A stretch of 32,000 bases of DNA. Source: Geobacter sulfurreducens PCA. GTDB taxonomy: Bacteria > Desulfobacterota > Desulfuromonadia > Geobacterales > Geobacteraceae. The notes under the pieces were generated by a model that saw only the letters and a program-made list of their open reading frames with translations, was not told where the DNA came from and made no database searches. Shown in pieces: positions 30,296 to 32,000 of the stretch (position 1 is its first letter; every line of letters begins with the position of its first letter). The stretch covers positions 2,070,001 through 2,102,000 of the forward strand of contig NC_002939.5 of NCBI RefSeq assembly GCF_000007985.2, read 5' to 3'. Position numbers and translations under genes: made by a program.

Positions 30296-31462
30296 ATGTC
30301 CCGACTCCTGTTTCGCTATATCTGCACTGAAACCGCGGTCCCCTTTGCACTCGGGCTAACGGTATTCACCTTTGTTCTGCTGATGGGACGCCTCCTGAAG
30401 CTCGCCGAGATGGTTTTCGCCCGCGGAGTCCCGTTCCTCGACGTTACCCGCCTTATCCTCTACATGCTTCCTTCATTTTTCCTGGTGGCGATTCCCATGG
30501 CATTTCTCCTTGCGGTGCTCCTGGCCATGGGCCGGCTCTCTGCCGACAGCGAGGTGACCGCCATGAAGGCCAGCGGCATGAGCATAGGAACCATCGCCGT
30601 GCCGGTGATCGCCTTCGGGGTCATCACATACGCCGCCACTACGTTTGTCTCGGTCTACGCGCTTCCCTGGGGCAACACCGCGTTCAAGAAGTTCCTCCAC
30701 GGTGTCATAGAGACGCGCGCCGCCATGAGTATCACGGAAAAGGTCTTTAACGACGAATTTCCCGGCCTCGTGATCTACGTGGACGGCTTTGACCCCAAAT
30801 CCGGACGGATCAGCGGCATCCTGATCCATGATGAGCGCAACCCCGACGAGCCGTCGACCATCTTCGCCGCTTCCGGCCAGCTGGCTACCAACCCCGAAGA
30901 ACGTATCGTTCGCCTGCGGCTGAATAACGGCGGGATTCATCGGGGCATAGGAACCGGCGGCTACCGTCTCGTGGAATTCACCAGCTATGATCTGAGCATT
31001 GCCCTGCAGCGGGAGCAGCAAAAGGCTCGCCTCAACGAGGAAGATATGACCCTGGGCGAGCTCCTTGCCCGCATGAAATCCCCCGGCGAACAACCCAAGC
31101 TGGTCCGCGAGATGCACTTCGAGCTTCACAAACGTTTTGCCCTCCCTTTCGCCTGCGTAGTGTTTGCGGTCATTGCTGTTCCTCTGGGTATCCAAAACCA
31201 GAGATCGGGGCGGGCAGGAGGTTTTGCCGCCGGCATCATCCTGCTCATGCTCTACTACATTCTCATGTCCGCCGGCAAAACCGTCAACGAGAAGGGAATC
31301 GCTCCGGCATTCGTTGCCGTTTGGATCCCCAATGTACTGTTCCTCGGCCTCGGGATATTCCTCCTGAAACGAGCGGCACTCGACCGGGCGATCCCCCTGG
31401 CAGAGTATGTGACAACGGCCCTGGCATGGGTGCGGCACAGATTTGAGCGGAGGAAGACGTGA
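30296..31462 (+). CDS. lptF: LPS export ABC transporter permease LptF (YjgP/YjgQ family)
   Basis: MSRLLFRYICTETAVPFALGL matches the LptF/G N-terminal pattern. It has 6 TM segments and a large periplasmic loop. The ORF-track start at 30236 is a TTG with no support. Confidence 0.85.
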   Translation: MSRLLFRYICTETAVPFALGLTVFTFVLLMGRLLKLAEMVFARGVPFLDVTRLILYMLPSFFLVAIPMAFLLAVLLAMGRLSADSEVTAMKASGMSIGTIAVPVIAFGVITYAATTFVSVYALPWGNTAFKKFLHGVIETRAAMSITEKVFNDEFPGLVIYVDGFDPKSGRISGILIHDERNPDEPSTIFAASGQLATNPEERIVRLRLNNGGIHRGIGTGGYRLVEFTSYDLSIALQREQQKARLNEEDMTLGELLARMKSPGEQPKLVREMHFELHKRFALPFACVVFAVIAVPLGIQNQRSGRAGGFAAGIILLMLYYILMSAGKTVNEKGIAPAFVAVWIPNVLFLGLGIFLLKRAALDRAIPLAEYVTTALAWVRHRFERRKT

Positions 31463-32000
31463 CCATTCTGACCCGCTACATTGCCGGTGCCTACCTGAAA
31501 ATTCTGGGACTCTGCCTGGCGTCCTTCGTCGCCATTTACCTAGTCATCGACTTTCTGGAAAAGATCGGCCGGCTCCTCCGTTTCCAGCCCCGGTGGATCG
31601 ACATCATACAGTACTTCATCTGCAAGTTGCCCGAGATCATCACCCAGGTCATCCCGCTGGCAGTGCTCATGTCCACGCTCCTCACCCTCGGCATGCTTTC
31701 CCGCAACAGCGAGATCGTCGCCATGCGCGGTTGTGGCGTAGGGCTCGGCAGAATCAGCGCGCCACTCATCGTCATTGCCGCCGCGGTCAGCCTCCTCACA
31801 ATTTTTTCCAACGAATTCGTGCTGCCTTCCAGCTATCGGCAGATGCGCTACGTGGACCAGGTGCTGATCCGCAAACAGGGGACCAACACGTTTTTCCGCC
31901 AGAACAACATCTGGCACAAAGACGAGAGTGCGATCATGATGGCAAGGGTGTTTGACCCGGGTCGGCAGGCGCTGCGAGGGATCACCCTCTGGCGCTTTTC
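31459..32000 (+). CDS. lptG: LPS export ABC transporter permease LptG, 3' end cut by window edge
   Basis: My own translation from the GTG at 31459 gives VTILTRYIAGAYLKILGLCLASFVAIYLVIDFLEKIGRLL...EIVAMRGCGVGLGRISAPL... The frame stays open to the window end. Its start overlaps the lptF stop as GTGA. It is missing from the ORF track because there is no stop in the window. Confidence 0.82.
   Translation, partial: MTILTRYIAGAYLKILGLCLASFVAIYLVIDFLEKIGRLLRFQPRWIDIIQYFICKLPEIITQVIPLAVLMSTLLTLGMLSRNSEIVAMRGCGVGLGRISAPLIVIAAAVSLLTIFSNEFVLPSSYRQMRYVDQVLIRKQGTNTFFRQNNIWHKDESAIMMARVFDPGRQALRGITLWRF

Overview
The window is GC-rich (about 60% by eye, not computed) and densely coded, and it reads as conserved core chromosome. 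Gene content and order match my recollection of a Geobacter or Desulfuromonadales-type deltaproteobacterium, though I could not search to confirm this. About 33 of the roughly 37 protein genes lie on the minus strand.

Gene order from left to right:
- Kdo/LPS cluster: kdsC (partial), kdsD, kdsA, pyrG, kdsB.
- A convergent pair: a nucleoside-phosphorylase-like gene and a polytopic membrane protein.
- An MCE lipid-transport operon: an unknown secreted repeat protein, then mlaE and mlaD.
- leuD-leuC, followed by a LOG-family gene and a cold-shock gene on the plus strand.
- leuA, preceded by a clear Leu-specific T-box riboswitch.
- ilvD-ilvB-ilvN-ilvC with psd-pssA appended.
- tsaB, rseP, dxr, cdsA, uppS, frr, pyrH, tsf and rpsB.
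- Divergent lptF and lptG (partial).

I see no rRNA, tRNA, CRISPR array, transposase, integrase, phage or defence genes, and no obvious pseudogene. I do not see a clear-cut new system.

The least explained element is a 507-aa secreted protein built from about 20 aromatic-Pro (WPLY-like) repeats. It is translationally coupled to an mlaE-mlaD pair that has no ATPase in cis.

Other points worth a second look:
- The T-box in a Gram-negative lineage.
- A cdsA gene with no canonical start codon at the expected position.
- Strong intergenic hairpins.
- Possible leaderless lptF.

All family calls come from motif recognition in the translations. Promoter calls are consensus matching by eye and have low confidence.
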